Part shown: one piece after another, positions 27,752 to 42,790 of the stretch | Layout of the letters: each line of letters opens with the position of its first letter | Position numbering within the stretch: position 1 is the stretch's first letter | NCBI RefSeq assembly: GCF_009914755.1 | Contig: NC_060932.1 | Length of the DNA: 64,000 nucleotides | Source of the DNA: the human T2T-CHM13v2.0 reference genome, Homo sapiens | Direction: 5' to 3' (one strand) | Notes under the pieces: generated by a model | Seen by the model: the letters and a program-made list of their open reading frames with translations, nothing else | Databases searched by the model: none | Told to the model about the DNA's origin: nothing | Translations under genes and position numbers: made by a program

Positions 27752-27886
27752 TAGAAGGCAATGTCCAAAATTTTGAAGGGCTTGAATAATATACCTTCTC
27801 TTGGGAAAATAATCTTAAGTCTTCCATGCTAAAACAAGTTAAAAGTTAAAGGAATGTAGTGTGAGTAACTGATATATTCTTTTTAA

Positions 27887-27974
27887 ACACACACATGTGC
27901 ACACACACATACATGTGAACATACACACGTGCACACACACATACATGTGAACATACACACACGCATACACACAC
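27887..27974. repeat. CA-rich repeat with ~32-bp higher-order unit
   Basis: gtgcacacacacatacatgtgaacatacacac occurs twice. Confidence 0.85.
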
Positions 27975-28599
27975 TTTACTTCCTAATAGCTCATTTTAGA
28001 TCCCGTGTATTTGTTCAATAATTCTATCTATTAAAGCAATCCTATGTTGTTGAGCCTGCCAAGTTCAGCTCTGTAAATATAGCAATGCAGCAATTTCACT
28101 TGGAACTCCTACAGATTAACAGAGCATAGCCATAGTTGACAGAACTAGATATTTTATGGAGGAATTTTACCTTACTGTAAACTTCACAAATGTTCAGCTC
28201 AGTCATATTCCCTATTTAGTGGCCTTATATCTGATACCTCCCAACTCTCTACAATATAAAGAGAAAAGGTCATGTGAATATTATCTAATTGAATTTGTTG
28301 TAATGATAGATGAAGTAACAAAACTTTTCTGTGCTGTGACTCAATGATAATAACTTAAAGAAAATCATAATAAGCTCCAGAAGATCTTTTGACTCTAAAT
28401 GAGAACAGGTCTCCTTTGGGTCCGAGAAACCCACATGCTCAGTGGTTATCATGGCATTAACACAGGAAGCCACAGGCGGACAGTCCACACTTTGTGTCTA
28501 TCACTTTTTGTCTAGCATTTTGTGTCTAGCACTTTACTAGGAGCTCGTGGTGGTACTTTGCTCCCTATCCCTTCCCACAAAGATTCTCCAGTCCCTCTC

Positions 28600-29040
28600 T
28601 TTGGAGTCCTTTTTCTTACCTGCTGCAACAGCCTCCTTTGTGATCTTTCCATGTCTGGCCCCCATCCACCGTTCCTACTCTTCCCAGAGGGATCTTTCTA
28701 AAACTCAGCATTGACAGCCGTTTCTCCACCCTCCCTTCTTCAGTTGCTCTCTGCAGCAACTTAAGCTCCATAGTCTGAGCTAGGGAAATAGCTGACTGGC
28801 CAGCCGCCTGCCCAGGCATCTTCCTTTCCCACCCTGAGCTTCAGCATCCTGGCAGAGGAATGCCACAGCTCTGGGAATGATCTCTGAGAACTCCAAGCAG
28901 AATCTGATGGCTCTCTGTCTCTACTGCCATTTTATCTGTATCTCCATCATAATTCCCTCCCTGCAGGGATGACTGTGCAATGAGAGCCTGAGCACCCTGA
29001 GACGAACACATTATCTTATTGTTTTCACCCCAGGAACAAG
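28600..29040 (+). mobile_element. L2 relic
   Basis: tgcaacagcctcct...ccagagggatctttctaaaac...gactgtgcaatgagagcctgagcaccctgag...tatcttatt. Confidence 0.6.
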
Positions 29041-29501
29041 TGGAATCTTAGAATCTCTATGTGCAATTTCTGACATAATAATATTAGTAATAGTCTGTAT
29101 TTTTGAAGGTCTTTATTATAGGGTCTTACATTTTACTAATGTTGTGATATAGCTAACAGAAAAAGCCATTTAAATCCAAGGATTTATTGTAGAAATACAG
29201 TATTAGAATGAGGAAATAGCAGCCTCTATTTTTTTCTTGCTTACTCTGTTTCTGCAACACTGAATGCAATCCTAGGGTAGAGACAGGCTGGGATGTGTTT
29301 AGAGGAAAGTGCAATGGTAAATGACAGAAATTTTCTTTCTGTCTTCAAATATGGATAAGACTCATGTGAAAAAGGTATTTTAAATCATTTTTTATTATGG
29401 TCTCAGATAGCGTAACAAGCACCAATTGATGAAATGTTGTGGAAGACACATCTACGAGGAGTATGTGCAGCTCTCTGGCTTTTCACTAAGAGGATGAGAA
29501 T

Positions 29502-29583
29502 CTACTCAAGGAGGGTGAGGTTGAAGTGAGCCATCTCTGCACTCTAGCATGGGCAATAGAGCAAGATCCTGTCTCAAAATAAA
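29502..29583 (+). mobile_element. Short Alu (J/FRAM-like) 3' fragment
   Basis: gaggttgaagtgagcc...ctgcactctagcatgggcaatagagcaagatcctgtctcaaaataaa. Confidence 0.8.
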
Positions 29584-30519
29584 TGTTCTACCTCTTCTCT
29601 TAGGTATATTTTCAAAGCACAGGTATAGGATATCCTACTGAAGTTTCAGGATGAATCTTAAAGAACACGAACTTTAACGAACTTCTTCCCTGAGACATCA
29701 TGCTCCTTTTCTCCACAACAGCTAACTTTCCTGACTTTAAAGTTTCAAAACAAAAAACACTTATTAACATATATTAAAAACATAATTATTTCTTATAATA
29801 AAAATTAACATGAAGACACATAAAAAATAATTTACTAGAACCGAAAGTCCTAGTAATTGCTTTAATCAATTTTCTTCTTAATCCTTATGCTTTAAGGAAT
29901 GAAAATATTAAATTGGCTCACAAGATCCATCCTAGTATCTCCTCTTTTCCAGAGCAAATGTGTACACCCTTCTTTTTCAAGCACACTAGACACTTATGTA
30001 AGTGTCAGAGGCATTTCAACAGAAGACCCTAGTGCCACACGTGCAGTTCACTTAACTTTTACTAATTAGGCTTAAAGAAGAGCATCTTTGTGAAAATTTA
30101 TTATATCACAATGAAGATCCTTACTGCATTTTAAAAACAGGGAATTTTTCTCTCAGACCATACTATGTCTACATTATTCTAATTCAGCATATTGAAAGGA
30201 CACTATTATTCTTGCCACAAGATTAAATACTAAATGACCAGGAAATAACTGTTTTTATTTTTAAATGTTGAAATATGTAATATTTATGTCTTTCATAAAC
30301 ATACACAAATATTATAGTAGAATCCGTAAGCATGATCAAAACAAAAATAATTGCATGTTTTGAATAATAAGAAGAATGAACTGGAGGTTTTAGATCTTAA
30401 CATGTGTCTCGAGGCTTGGACAACAGGACCTTTGAGGAACAGTAGGATGACAAGAACACACACGAGTTTACTTAGGAATTTAAGATCCGTTCAGTAAATC
30501 ACATCTTTTCCATTGTCTT

Positions 30520-31153
<634 letters not shown>

Positions 31154-31946
31154 AAGGCTGAATTTTGAGAAGCACATCTCTAAGCCACCGACTGTATCAT
31201 GAGAAATTTAAGACTGCTGTTTTAAAAATAAATGTCCTACTCTGGTCATTTTTCTTATGACTAAGATTAGAGGTATTTGGTGTTTACTTTTAGTCATTCA
31301 CATACACGCACACATACATATACACACATGTACATAGAAAATATTTTATAAATATATTATTTAAATTAAAAATCTGAGCATGTAAGAGAAATGTTTTTTT
31401 ATTTAGCCATTATTATTTGTAAGTTGAATTCCTTTTATTAATACTGCTTCTATTATGCTTGGAATCCAAAAGCAGGTAGTGTTAACATGGAGCATTTTTC
31501 AGTGTTGACAATCAGGTTGGTTTTATTAAAGATGCAAATGTGAAAATGGCAAGTGGCAGAAAGAAAAACAAATGTATGGTCTATTAAATGCCATGTCAGA
31601 AATGCTAAAAGCCCAATTATATAAATCGCAGAAAATTTTTCTGTAGAGCATTTTTATATATCAAATTGCAGTTACAATTCTAACTTAATGGTCTGTTTAT
31701 AAGAGACATGTCTATCAGAACGGTTAAAAAAAATCTGAAAATAAATTGTAAAAATGTATAAATGATACCAAAAGTGCATTATCTACAACTAAAGGAGAAA
31801 CATGGTCAACTGTCAACCACATGCTTCACTGTGTTTGGAGAATTACAGCTATTTTCTAAGTGTTTTTGTTTGTATTTTATTACATTAATTATTACATTAA
31901 AATTGGCTCTGCTAAGAGTCAGTATATAATCTGAAAATAAATATAC

Positions 31947-32066
31947 CAAGAAAAATAACCAAACTTTTAACAGAGGAGATCACATTCTTTTAGACATAAT
32001 CTATTTCAAGAAAAATAGCCAAACTTTTGATAGAGGAGGTCACATTATTTTAGACATAATCTATTT
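31947..32066. repeat. 60-bp tandem duplication
   Basis: caagaaaaataaccaaacttttaacagaggagatcacattcttttagacataatctattt repeated with about 5 mismatches. Confidence 0.95.
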
Positions 32067-32879
32067 TAAAATGTGTGAAAAATTTGATGAAGGACCAAAT
32101 TCTAAACAAGAAATATCCTCAGGTCAGTATATTTCCATTACAATTCTGAACACTAAATGGACAAAAACCAAACAGCCCAACAAAAAACGTTCACAGGATG
32201 GAAATTATCATCATGAAACACAGGGAGTGGTATCTTCAAAGCAAAAAATGAACGTGTGTCAAGAATGAGCAGAGTAGAGCGCTTCTCACGGGCCGGTCAG
32301 AAACACCGGAGCGTCAAGTACCATGAACCTCCTGCTTTGAGTTCATGATGTTCTTTCCAAGCCAGAGTCAACCGTCATTAACCACAGAGAGTGGCTATCC
32401 TGATTATTGGGTCATTCCCTGGATAGTCAAACGCTATTCAAATTTTACAAGTTGCTTTTCCAATTTACACCTTAATCATTTGTGAGTTTAGTTAATTTGA
32501 GTCAAAGCTTTCTTCTGCTCTAACCACTTCTGGATGTATAAAGGAGATTTTCTCTGAACTATAAATTTTAGGTACAGACCTTGAAGTTTTGCCTATTACA
32601 CTTGAGAGGCCTTCGATACCCTCAGGTGCTATGAAAACCTCTTTATCGCAAAAGCAAGCTTCTTGCGGTCCACTTTTCTCTGTCCGTTCCCACTCAAGTT
32701 CTAGTTGCTCCCTATATCCAGCCAAGCCGATTAAAGCTAGAAGTTTATAAACCACAGCACTTTCTCTCTTCCCAGAGTGATTCCATGAGATGACGGACTC
32801 TAAAACAAACGTGTGTTAAAGTCACGCTCTAGAGCCTGCATCCACGCCAGGCTGGCACACGCAGCCCCGTTTTTCTTAT

Positions 32880-33059
32880 GCGGCTTTGATGATGATTCAA
32901 TTAAGGCAGGTATGAGCAGGAGCTAATACAAAAGCTAATACGCAGAGGTGCTCAGGGACGCCAATTTCTTTGGGTTCCCTATAAAGAGCGTCGCAGTCCA
33001 GGCCAAACACAGGGACTGACTGACGGTCACCTCTGCAGGCTCGGGGGGCACAGGCAAGT
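32880..33059 (+). promoter_or_regulatory. Candidate TATA-box promoter and short first exon
   Basis: Local CpG excess; CTTTGAT (TCF/LEF-like) ~32884, CCAAT 32961, TATAAAG 32980, CA initiators 33008-33011, CAG|GCAAGT donor at 33053/33054. Motif-level evidence only. Confidence 0.35.
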
Positions 33060-36000
33060 CCCCACTTGGAAAGTACAGCTCAGGGGCTTGAACTTTGCCT
33101 TTTTAATGTAACTTCCCTTCTTCCATTTTGCTTTCCTGAGTTCTACTGATGTGTGTGCTGTGCTAGCCACAACTTCTTTCCATTTCAGTGTTTCGTATTG
33201 TCTCTTCTCCAACCTCTCAGTTCGGTTCTAGCCTGCGCAGGACACAGCTTCCCAATCCTGGGTCTGCGGCACTGTCCCAAAATGCTCTCCATAAGTGAGG
33301 AATTATATTTATTTAGCATAGGTTTTTCTTTGTGATAATGGTATATGAATTACCTGTCTATATTTAGAGTAGCTACCTCAATGATTTACAATTCACACAA
33401 AATAATATCTTTGGTTCGTGGTAGCAAAAATTAGCCATTTTCATAGGAGCAACTCTAACAATATTATTCTCAATTTTGAAAATGACCAGTCTCTGGACCT
33501 TGTCAGATATTATTTTACATAATGCTTTTCTCAGGTCATGGTTTAATGATAATTATACTAATTAGTGTATGAAGCTAGGGTTCTTGTTCACTGAAATCTT
33601 GTAGAATTTCTTCATTAACTTCCAAGGAGTAAAAAACATAAAACACCCATAAGAAAGTATGTTTTTCTAATTTAGTAGTCTCAGACATTAAAGTTGAACT
33701 GAATTTTTTCACCATAATTCTAATGGCTCAGTATGTATAAAAATCCAAATCAACATTTTAAAAAATAGTTCTTCAACTATTTCAAATCAGACACATTTGA
33801 AAACATACACTTGTTTCAAACATCAACCTATCATAATAAACTTGTGTTAAATTGAACTAATATATATTCTTTTTTATATAAATTTAGTTTTTGGTCAATA
33901 AAATCTCGAGAAATGCGTAAGAATGGCATGTCAAAATCCATACATTTAAATCAAATTCATACTTTTAAAATTAGATTTATCTTATGTAGGTAAGTTCTAA
34001 TCAATGAAACCTTAATTTTGTATACATACAAAGTTATAGCTATCCAGTTGTCTCAGCAGTTTTTGGTCCTAGAGAGAATTGTATTTTTCCTCTGGCAGAA
34101 AATTAAAAACACTATTGCAGCCTAATGGATTACACTCTGGTTTTATTACTAAGAGAAAGAAATGCTATACAGTTTAGTTACAAATGATTTAGTAACAGCA
34201 CCTAAGCTTTAATAAGTATTAAATATAAATATGTAGCTCTCAAAGAATGACTATGTATAGTATTGAAAGAAAGCTCTCTTAGATACTATTTAACACTGTG
34301 GTATCATATATTCTTTCTTAGAGTATCTTAACATTTTAAGAACCCATTCAGGCTTTTGTTTGTTCATCTGACTATTCACTTATTGAAATGTAGCAGACAT
34401 TTCTTAGATGCTAGAAATAAAGAGAGAGAGAGGGAGAAGTAGAATGTAGAGAGAGAGTAGAGAGAAGTAGAAATAAAAGAAAAAGAAAACACAGATTTTA
34501 AGCTTTCACAATTCTTAGCTACTGAGGGCTATCATTAACTTAGCATACTTTAATGGAGTAACACTCTCCAACATATTTAAATCTATAGGAACACGCATTT
34601 TTGAACTTCTACCACAAGTACAGTGAGATGCTAGTACAAATGAGGGGTGAAGAAGATGCAAAGAAAATCTCACACTCTGCTGTATAGAAGGGCTTCTGAG
34701 CTTGATCCAGGCTCAGCCACTTCCGTGCAATCAAGTCAGCTAACTTTTGAGCCACCATTTCCCCATTTGGTATCTCATCGGTACGCTTTGAAGTACAGGC
34801 TAAGAATCAAGATATGGTTTAGAAAAAGAAAATCTTCTAAACTGTAAAATATTATGAAATTGAGTTTTTATTAAGATAATTTTTGTTACTGTCAGCCCCT
34901 CACATCAGAAACCCCGTGACTTCACTTGTGCTCCTCCTGCTGTTAAATTAAGCCCTCTTTGGGCCCTGTTTCTTGGGCTTTGCACCTTTTCATCCAAAAT
35001 TCTTTGTCCAATTCCGCCCTAAAACCCCCTTTTCCATGGAATCACCGAAAACGTATGGCCAACAAATTCCAGCCAGACTAGATCTTCTTCTAGGTGACGT
35101 ACTTAGAGCCTGGTGCCCTTTTTGAAAGAATTCACTCAGAATAGCGACTGTAGGCACTTTGGCAGGGGTTCAAGGGCTATGGTTTTAAGCGTTAGTCCTT
35201 TTCATTATCCTGCAAATCTCATTTTAAGGCAAATGCAGCATTTTCTTCTTGCGAATGGAAGTGGACTTGCTCACCACAATATCAGGCTCCCTCAAGAATG
35301 AGTGATTTGTGTCTTTATCATCAGTGATGAGAGCAATTAAAAGGTCTGTTTTACATGATCAGTGAAGACGAAGGGCTTGCCCAAGTGAGAATGAAGGAAT
35401 GTGATCTATTCTAGCGAGCATGCATTTTGTCCACCACAGCTGGGTAGGATAATTATACAATCCAACCTGGGCAGCACAAACTATGCAGTTCATTTATGCA
35501 TCTGCTGCTGAGCACATACTCTGAGCTGCTGGGGCTAATCCACAATCCACCTCGGTGGGAGTCACCGGTAGAACCTTCACTACAGCAGCGAGGTCATTCT
35601 GAAGGCATCATACCATCAAAAGATAACTGTGTGGGTTCTCTCTCAGAGAAAAATAGTGATACCTGGCATGTGACATACTCTGCAAACAACATTCTTTAAA
35701 AGCATAATTGACTTAGATCATAAAAGAATTGTGGGACACTCTAGTGTAATGAAGCTGATGATTCAAATGCCATCCCAAATTAGAGAGAGGGAAGAACAGG
35801 AATAATTTCTCAAGCAGGGAACTCGTGAGAAGGCGGTTCAGAGAAGCCACTGAGTAGGGAGGGCCTCCCCACCAGAATGGATCACCATCCTCTGGGGCTA
35901 GAGCTGCCTGCACGACACAGGAATGGCAGGTGCTTTCGGCTCCTGCTCCTAAGAGGTTGAAGAGATTTGGCCAATCTTTACTTATAGGGGGAGAGGAAAG

Positions 36001-36790
36001 GAGTCCTTGTTTTCTTGTCTCTTGGAGAATTTCTACCTTCAGTAATGAACACAGCATTTTATTGAGACATACCTTTTTCATAAGTAGTATTGAAAACAAG
36101 CCCTATTTTCTACTCTGAACGGAGCCTGCTCTTCTCATTTATTTCATAAATATGAAGAATTTGCTATATGATAGTTAATATTCTAGGATACGGTTTTCAT
36201 CGCGAGACACACAAATAACAAGATTAGTAAGAGCAATACAATAGTGTGTTAAAAGGTGGTACTTATGTCAGAGAAAATTTAAGCAGGAAAGAGAAGAGAA
36301 AATGCCCTCCTAAGTAGAGAAACATTTTAAAACCCAAAGCAAATCACTACACTGATATTTGTCTTAATTTATGATCCTCCTACGGTGACTATATTGTCAC
36401 CTGCTAAATACACTGAATGTTGTGCTTCTCTCTTTATTCTGGAGTTAGCATCATTATCAACCTTCTGCTTTATACTCAGTTGTTGATTTTGCATGCCTTG
36501 TGGCACAAGGCTTTTCCACCTACCATCATCCTGGTCTCTAGATGAATGAGATGTCAATGTCCTGTGGCCCAAGCACATCGAATACTGTGTAAAGCCTGGG
36601 ATAGAGGCTAAAAAAAACATCGAAACCCAGCCAAAGCATCATTTGTAAATGTCTCTATTCATCAACTGTTCAGGTCTCTTTTCTGTCATAACACGCACCA
36701 GGATATCTGTTGTTGCTTTAAGCAAAGGATAATCAATGACAAATACACTATTTATTGCAGAAACTACCATATGTTCTGCCTTCTACTTAC

Positions 36791-36850
36791 CACACCGTAT
36801 ATTGGCTCTGCTGATGTATTAGTTTCACTAAGTTATCCATCTTCCAAACT
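36791..36850 (-). other. Candidate 60-nt internal exon
   Basis: Minus strand: ...tttttatttctacttctacatag|AGTTTGG...CGGTGTG|gtaagt; good acceptor and donor in non-repeat DNA. Confidence 0.35.
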
Positions 36851-37624
36851 CTATGTAGAAGTAGAAATAAAAACAGGGCACTCAGCTGTGCCCCCACCCT
36901 CTGTTGAAATATGACTGATGAAAATCCTTCCTTAGAAGAACAATGACATGCTACCAACCAACTCACAGAGAAAACCCACAACATGTTTCTACTCCATCAC
37001 CTTGGCACATAAACATCATGCTCAAATTCCTTTCTCTTAAATGGAAACAAGAAGAAAAGCAATTCAAGCAACCGATTACAATCTTTAGAAAGCACACAAG
37101 CAAATCATCATCCTTTCTACAAGAGAAGCCAGAGTGCACCATCTGAGTTGGAAATGTGTGCATATGGAAATTTGTTTTCTTAGCATGGTTTTCTGCTCCT
37201 TTGAATACTTTTTAAATCTGAAACTAAGGAAGTCACATTTTATTTGCTGCTGCAGTATCATATTTATGACCCAAGTAAGGGTGAAACTCTGGAAAGTGTG
37301 GCTGGCTGTGCGTCAGTTCCCATTCCTTGTTAGTTTCTTTGTAACTGTTCGTGAAACGGTATTTATCAAAGAACAGACATCAGGATTATTGGGTTCAGCA
37401 TTCTGAGAAGACTCACGGGGAGAAATCATAGTGTTTTCATTCTAAATTATTTATTGACTGGAATGTCTCCAGAATTTAAATTTTTAGTCTAAAATTCAAG
37501 TTTGTAGGGGGTGAATAGCCCACACCTGAGTTGCAGATATTCAAAGAATACTCAAAGTAAAATGCATTTTTATAGACTTAATTACTGGTTAATTATTGAA
37601 TAGGTATTTAGTAGCGTGTTAGCA

Positions 37625-37692
37625 TCACCATTGTGAACATATGCCCCTTCGGGAGAGTTCACCACTGTGAACATACGCCCCTTCAGGAGAGT
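37625..37692. repeat. 34-bp tandem duplication
   Basis: tcaccattgtgaacatatgccccttcgggagagt / tcaccactgtgaacatacgccccttcaggagagt. Confidence 0.95.
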
Positions 37693-37858
37693 TATTCAAC
37701 AAAGTTATTCCGGTCCTGTTACTCTGAAGGTTCTCTGCTGCAGACACTGGGCAGTAATTCTGCTTCCTTAACTCACTACAATTCTTCTAATAAGTTCTAA
37801 GCTACTGGCATTAATTAATATTTTCCCTTTGTCACGGTGACCAGTTCTGACCCAAAAC

Positions 37859-37903
37859 TGTGTGTGTGTGCCTGTGTGCGTGTGTGTGTGTGTGAGCGCA
37901 CGC
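37859..37903. repeat. (TG)n/alternating purine-pyrimidine tract
   Basis: Directly visible. Confidence 0.9.
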
Positions 37904-38818
37904 TCGCCTGCCCATGCAGTCTCCACTCGCTTTGCTAATTTCACTGCCACATCTAATATTGTCATGAGTCATAGATTATCACAGAAAAGAAAATCTATTG
38001 ATTGATATGGATTAGAATATTCTTAACAAATCTGAAAACTTTTTCATTAAAGGGTTAAATGTTATCTTTAGAGAGAATATGCTCATTTTATAAATTTTAC
38101 TACAGATTTCTTCCAAGGTTACTTTTAGTTTGACATTGGAGTATCACAAAATCTTACATTAAACGTAAAAGCCATTTAAATGTTCAGCATAGTTGCTAAG
38201 CGGTCCTTGATAGTGTAAACACTTCATATATTCTGAAGGTGTTTAGAGGTATTGCCGTTTGGCCATGGAAATAAGGTTAAGACCCTTCTTGAGAAAGGAA
38301 TTCCAAGAACCATTAGTGATGACTTGTGGTTAGCACGTGTATTATTTTATTTTTATTTTACTCTAGACTTCTAAAACCATGCTTGTTTATTCAGGAAAAT
38401 GTCAATGATCTTGTACAGAGGATAATTATCTGTTCTTGGAATGTACCAGCGTCAAAAGTTTCACTTTAATAATTCCAGTTTAGTAATTTTTAATTTATAA
38501 ATTTACCAAGTTAGCAATTTCAACTTAAGAAATTCATTGCAATAATTTTAATAATTACATATTTCATAAATAATATACACCATCTAGATGCATTAAAATG
38601 TGTAAGTCTGGGCCTGTATGACACATTGTTTAAACCATAAGATGTTTTACTGGTAATTTGGAAAGCCAGGGTGTGGATTTACGGCAAAAAGAGAAATGCA
38701 ACTTCAAAATCCCGGGTCTTGTTTTGTCTCTAGATTGTCAAGCGCCACTAATAGAAAATTAGCCAAGGTCTTCATGGTTCCCTCAAGTGCCTGTTTAATA
38801 AAACCCTTGTTTAATTGA

Positions 38819-39129
<311 letters not shown>

Positions 39130-39877
39130 CTGACTTTTACTTTTACTCACCTCTCTAGAAACTGCTGAACAGAAAATTGAGTTGCTTTTTTAAAAAGTAG
39201 TTTAGGGTTATCAAGATTCAATTTCCTTAGGATAAATATGTGTTGCAATTAAATGGTTTAGAAAACCTTGGATTAAATAATATCTAAAACTCTTATGGGC
39301 AATGCCTCTTAATTTCATAGTCATTATTATATTTTAATGTTAAGATTTTCCTATATTTTGAAAATTTTATCAGCATAGGTCAGATCTTTTTTCACTTTAT
39401 AAGTAATTCTGAGTGGTTTGTCATCCAGCAATGAGACTAAGAGAATACCAAGGACATACACATCTAAATAAAATTAAAGGAATCTAGTTTATTACAAATT
39501 CATTGTGATTAAACTGTGTATTGAGTTTCCCAATAGAAACTTGACTTTTGTCAGTAAATACCGAATTACTTCCCAAGGAAAAAAAAAAAAAAGTAGTATT
39601 AGCATAAAATGTTTCGTTGGTTGCTTTTTTATGCTTGTTTCAGTATCAAGGGTCTACTGATAGCTGATGAGATATTGGGATTTAGTGAAGGGACTGTGAA
39701 CACCCAGAGAAGCAGTACTAGGTCTTACTAATTTGGATAGCTCCATTGCCTGGCACAATGTTGGTGCTTACAGCCATGTCTGGAATGACACTTTAAGGGA
39801 AGGCTTTAACCTGGATTGTCAGACCCTTATATGGTGGCTATTTGCTAAGATTATCAAATCTTTCAGGAGGTTCCTCA

Positions 39878-40270
<393 letters not shown>

Positions 40271-40554
40271 TCAGTAGTTCATTACCCTAAATAGCATAAA
40301 AAGTGTCCTGGATTTTGTGGAATCATGAGCTAGATAACTTTCTAAAGTTATTTTATCCCTTTAATTCCAAGATTTTATGATCCTAATAGCTTAATCTCAC
40401 CTACAGATAAAAAACAGAGTTTATTCAGGATAAATAAATAGCAGCCTCAAGGGTGAAAAATGCCACTATCACCCTCAGTGAATTATTTTAACATTTTTAA
40501 TGGTCAGCTACCCTTTCTCTGAAACACAGACCAATTTTATTTTCCCTGTCAGTC

Positions 40555-40680
40555 TGCTGTGGAGTTAGGAGCTTGGTGTCTGACATTGAGGACCTCTGCG
40601 TTTGCATTCTAGCTCTGCCCCGTACATGCAGAGTCCACATGATGTCTTCGGTTTCATGTTCTCTGTCCGAAAATAGTGCA
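40555..40680 (+). mobile_element. MIR fragment
   Basis: ggagttaggagcttggtgtctg...gcattctagctctgcc...cttcggtttcatgttctctgtccgaaaatag. Confidence 0.55.
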
Positions 40681-41849
40681 TTGGTGTGCAGTTTAGTTTC
40701 CAATTAATCATCCACTTTCTCAGTAAAGTGTTAGTTCCAGAGTCAGGAAGATCCATGTAATCTGAGAGTGGGGGAAGTGCAAAGAATATATACATATACA
40801 CGACTGTATATATGCGTGTATACACAAAATACTGATTAGTATCTACATTAAATATGTATATGCAAACTGTGTATATATTAATACAAAAACATATGTATAT
40901 TCATGTCTGTGTGTGTGTACATGTATCACATATATATATCACATGTATATATCATATATATGTATCTCAGTTGCTCTTTAGTTCCTTACCACTTCTCTAG
41001 GAAGTAGAAAAAAAATCACTTCATCATAAACAGTACTATCATATCTTAATTTTTTTGTCTCAGTGTATAACTGTGTACTTGTCTTGACAATACAATTTCA
41101 TTTATGAGCATTTAAAATAACCCTCTTTCACCTTGCTTGAAATTGCTTTATGTATTTCTCTGTGAGCAATCTTTTTTATTCTCTTGAACAATAGATGAAA
41201 CAAAAGCTCTGAATTTCTGTAAGGTCATAGGTATGGTCTGAACTTGTGACTGATTGTTTCATAAAACCTTACGTACTACCTCGGGTGATGAAGGAGAGAT
41301 CTTTGCTAGTGGCTTTGGTTATAAGGGCTAAAACGTGAATACCTCTTTGAAACTCAAAGTTAAAACTCTGTACCCAGATGCACAGAGTGAAAACGAAGTG
41401 AATTAAATGCATGAGTGAAATTCTAGAAAAATGTAGGGGAGCAAGAGAGAGGGGAAAATTGATGTGCCATATTTTCTCTCCAGCAGATAAAATCTGATGG
41501 TGAAATGGGATTGCTCTACACAGGGGTGGTTTACCTTTGGGGCAACGAAAAAGTTGCTTCTTGGATTTGCTCCGTGGAAGGACAAAAGTGAGGTATTGCA
41601 GACTAAACAGGAGAGAAGGCATCAGTACCTGGAGAAAGAAGGATGGAGGCAAAGTTCCTGAAATAACAAGTTGAGGAACTAGGCAGATCAGCATGTCTTT
41701 TCTCCCAAAGATCCTGCACCACACTTTCCAGCGCTATTACAGGGCTTCCCAGTGGCGTGATGATGCTCACAGCAGAGCCAAAGAAAATCATTACTTTAAA
41801 ATACAATTATGGATGGTTTGGTATATAACGACAGTTATTATTTATCCAA

Positions 41850-42030
41850 TGCATAATAAGAGAAAATACATATTACTTTATCTCATTTAACCCTCACACC
41901 ATCCTTAAAAGATGGATGCTATTTTTGGAAACATTTTATGGATAAGAAAAGCGAGGCTTAGAAAGCTGAAGTCACTTGTCTGAGATCATACATACAGGAG
42001 GCAATGGAGACAGGAGTAAGGCCCGGGTCC
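41850..42030 (-). mobile_element. MIR
   Basis: tatctcatttaaccctcacaccatcct...cattttatggataagaaaagcgaggcttagaaagctgaagtcacttgtctgagatcatac. Confidence 0.8.
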
Positions 42031-42226
42031 CCATGATGAGCTCATTTGCTTTTTTCTGCTGTTCTGGGCTGAGTCACAAAAGAAAATTTCCCTTATATTG
42101 TAGAGGATGATGAGGAATTTTGGAATACATTTAAATGACCAGGATAAAAGGGGCTAGCACTGTCTGCTTTCATTTTGTCGATATTGTAAGGTCTGTTTTT
42201 GTCTCTTCCCTACTTTCCACCATAAA

Positions 42227-42227
<1 letters not shown>

Positions 42228-42271
<44 letters not shown>

Positions 42272-42279
42272 CGCACACA
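42228..42279. repeat. (CA)n microsatellite
   Basis: Directly visible. Confidence 0.98.
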
Positions 42280-42379
42280 CTCCTTTGTGTCTTATGAATT
42301 TTCCCCTCCATTCTTCTTTTTCATTTCGTACAAGCCCACACTCGTTGCTCGGTATACTAAGTCTTGGGTTCATGATTGC

Positions 42380-42790
42380 ACCTGCCTTCCATCACTTCTC
42401 ATTGGCACCCATGAACCTGACATCCTCACAGTATCAGGCGTCTCACTGTTCCGCAGCAGGACATGACCTTTTGATGCTGCCTTCTTCTCAGGTTCCCTGG
42501 TGTCTCTTCTGACCTTCTGCTCCTTTAACAGCTAATACCACCTTCAAGGCAGAGCTCAAGTATAAACAGTTTACATTCTGATGGGAACATTCCCTTTCCT
42601 CCCCACCACTGCCTCCTCCTTTACTCCATCGCACTTTCTTCATCCTGTTATTATTTCGCACTGTGATAATTGAACTAGATTCCTTTACTTCTTCTAAGCT
42701 AGAAGGTGGCAGGGAGTTGTTTTCCTGTTCATCTGTTACCAGCACATGCGAGATGCTTTATGTGCTGCCAATTTAAAAAAGCAAATGAAC
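42380..42790 (+). mobile_element. L2 3' region
   Basis: ccttcaaggcagagctcaag...tctgatgggaacattccc...tctaagctagaaggtggcagggagttgttttcctgttcatctg...agcac. Confidence 0.6.

Noticed and set aside
33031-33230. Possible minus-strand exon containing the K-rich 61-aa ORF
   Set aside because: Weak donor (GAG|GTGACC), poor pyrimidine tract, and stops in all frames from the acceptor.
37625-37692. Short direct repeats superficially like CRISPR repeats
   Set aside because: Only two adjacent copies, no spacers, eukaryotic context, no cas genes.
41269-41724. 151-aa minus ORF, among the longest non-Alu ORFs (also 12210-12671, 35713-36099)
   Set aside because: Non-ATG start, no recognisable domain, and a length expected by chance in 64 kb x 6 frames.
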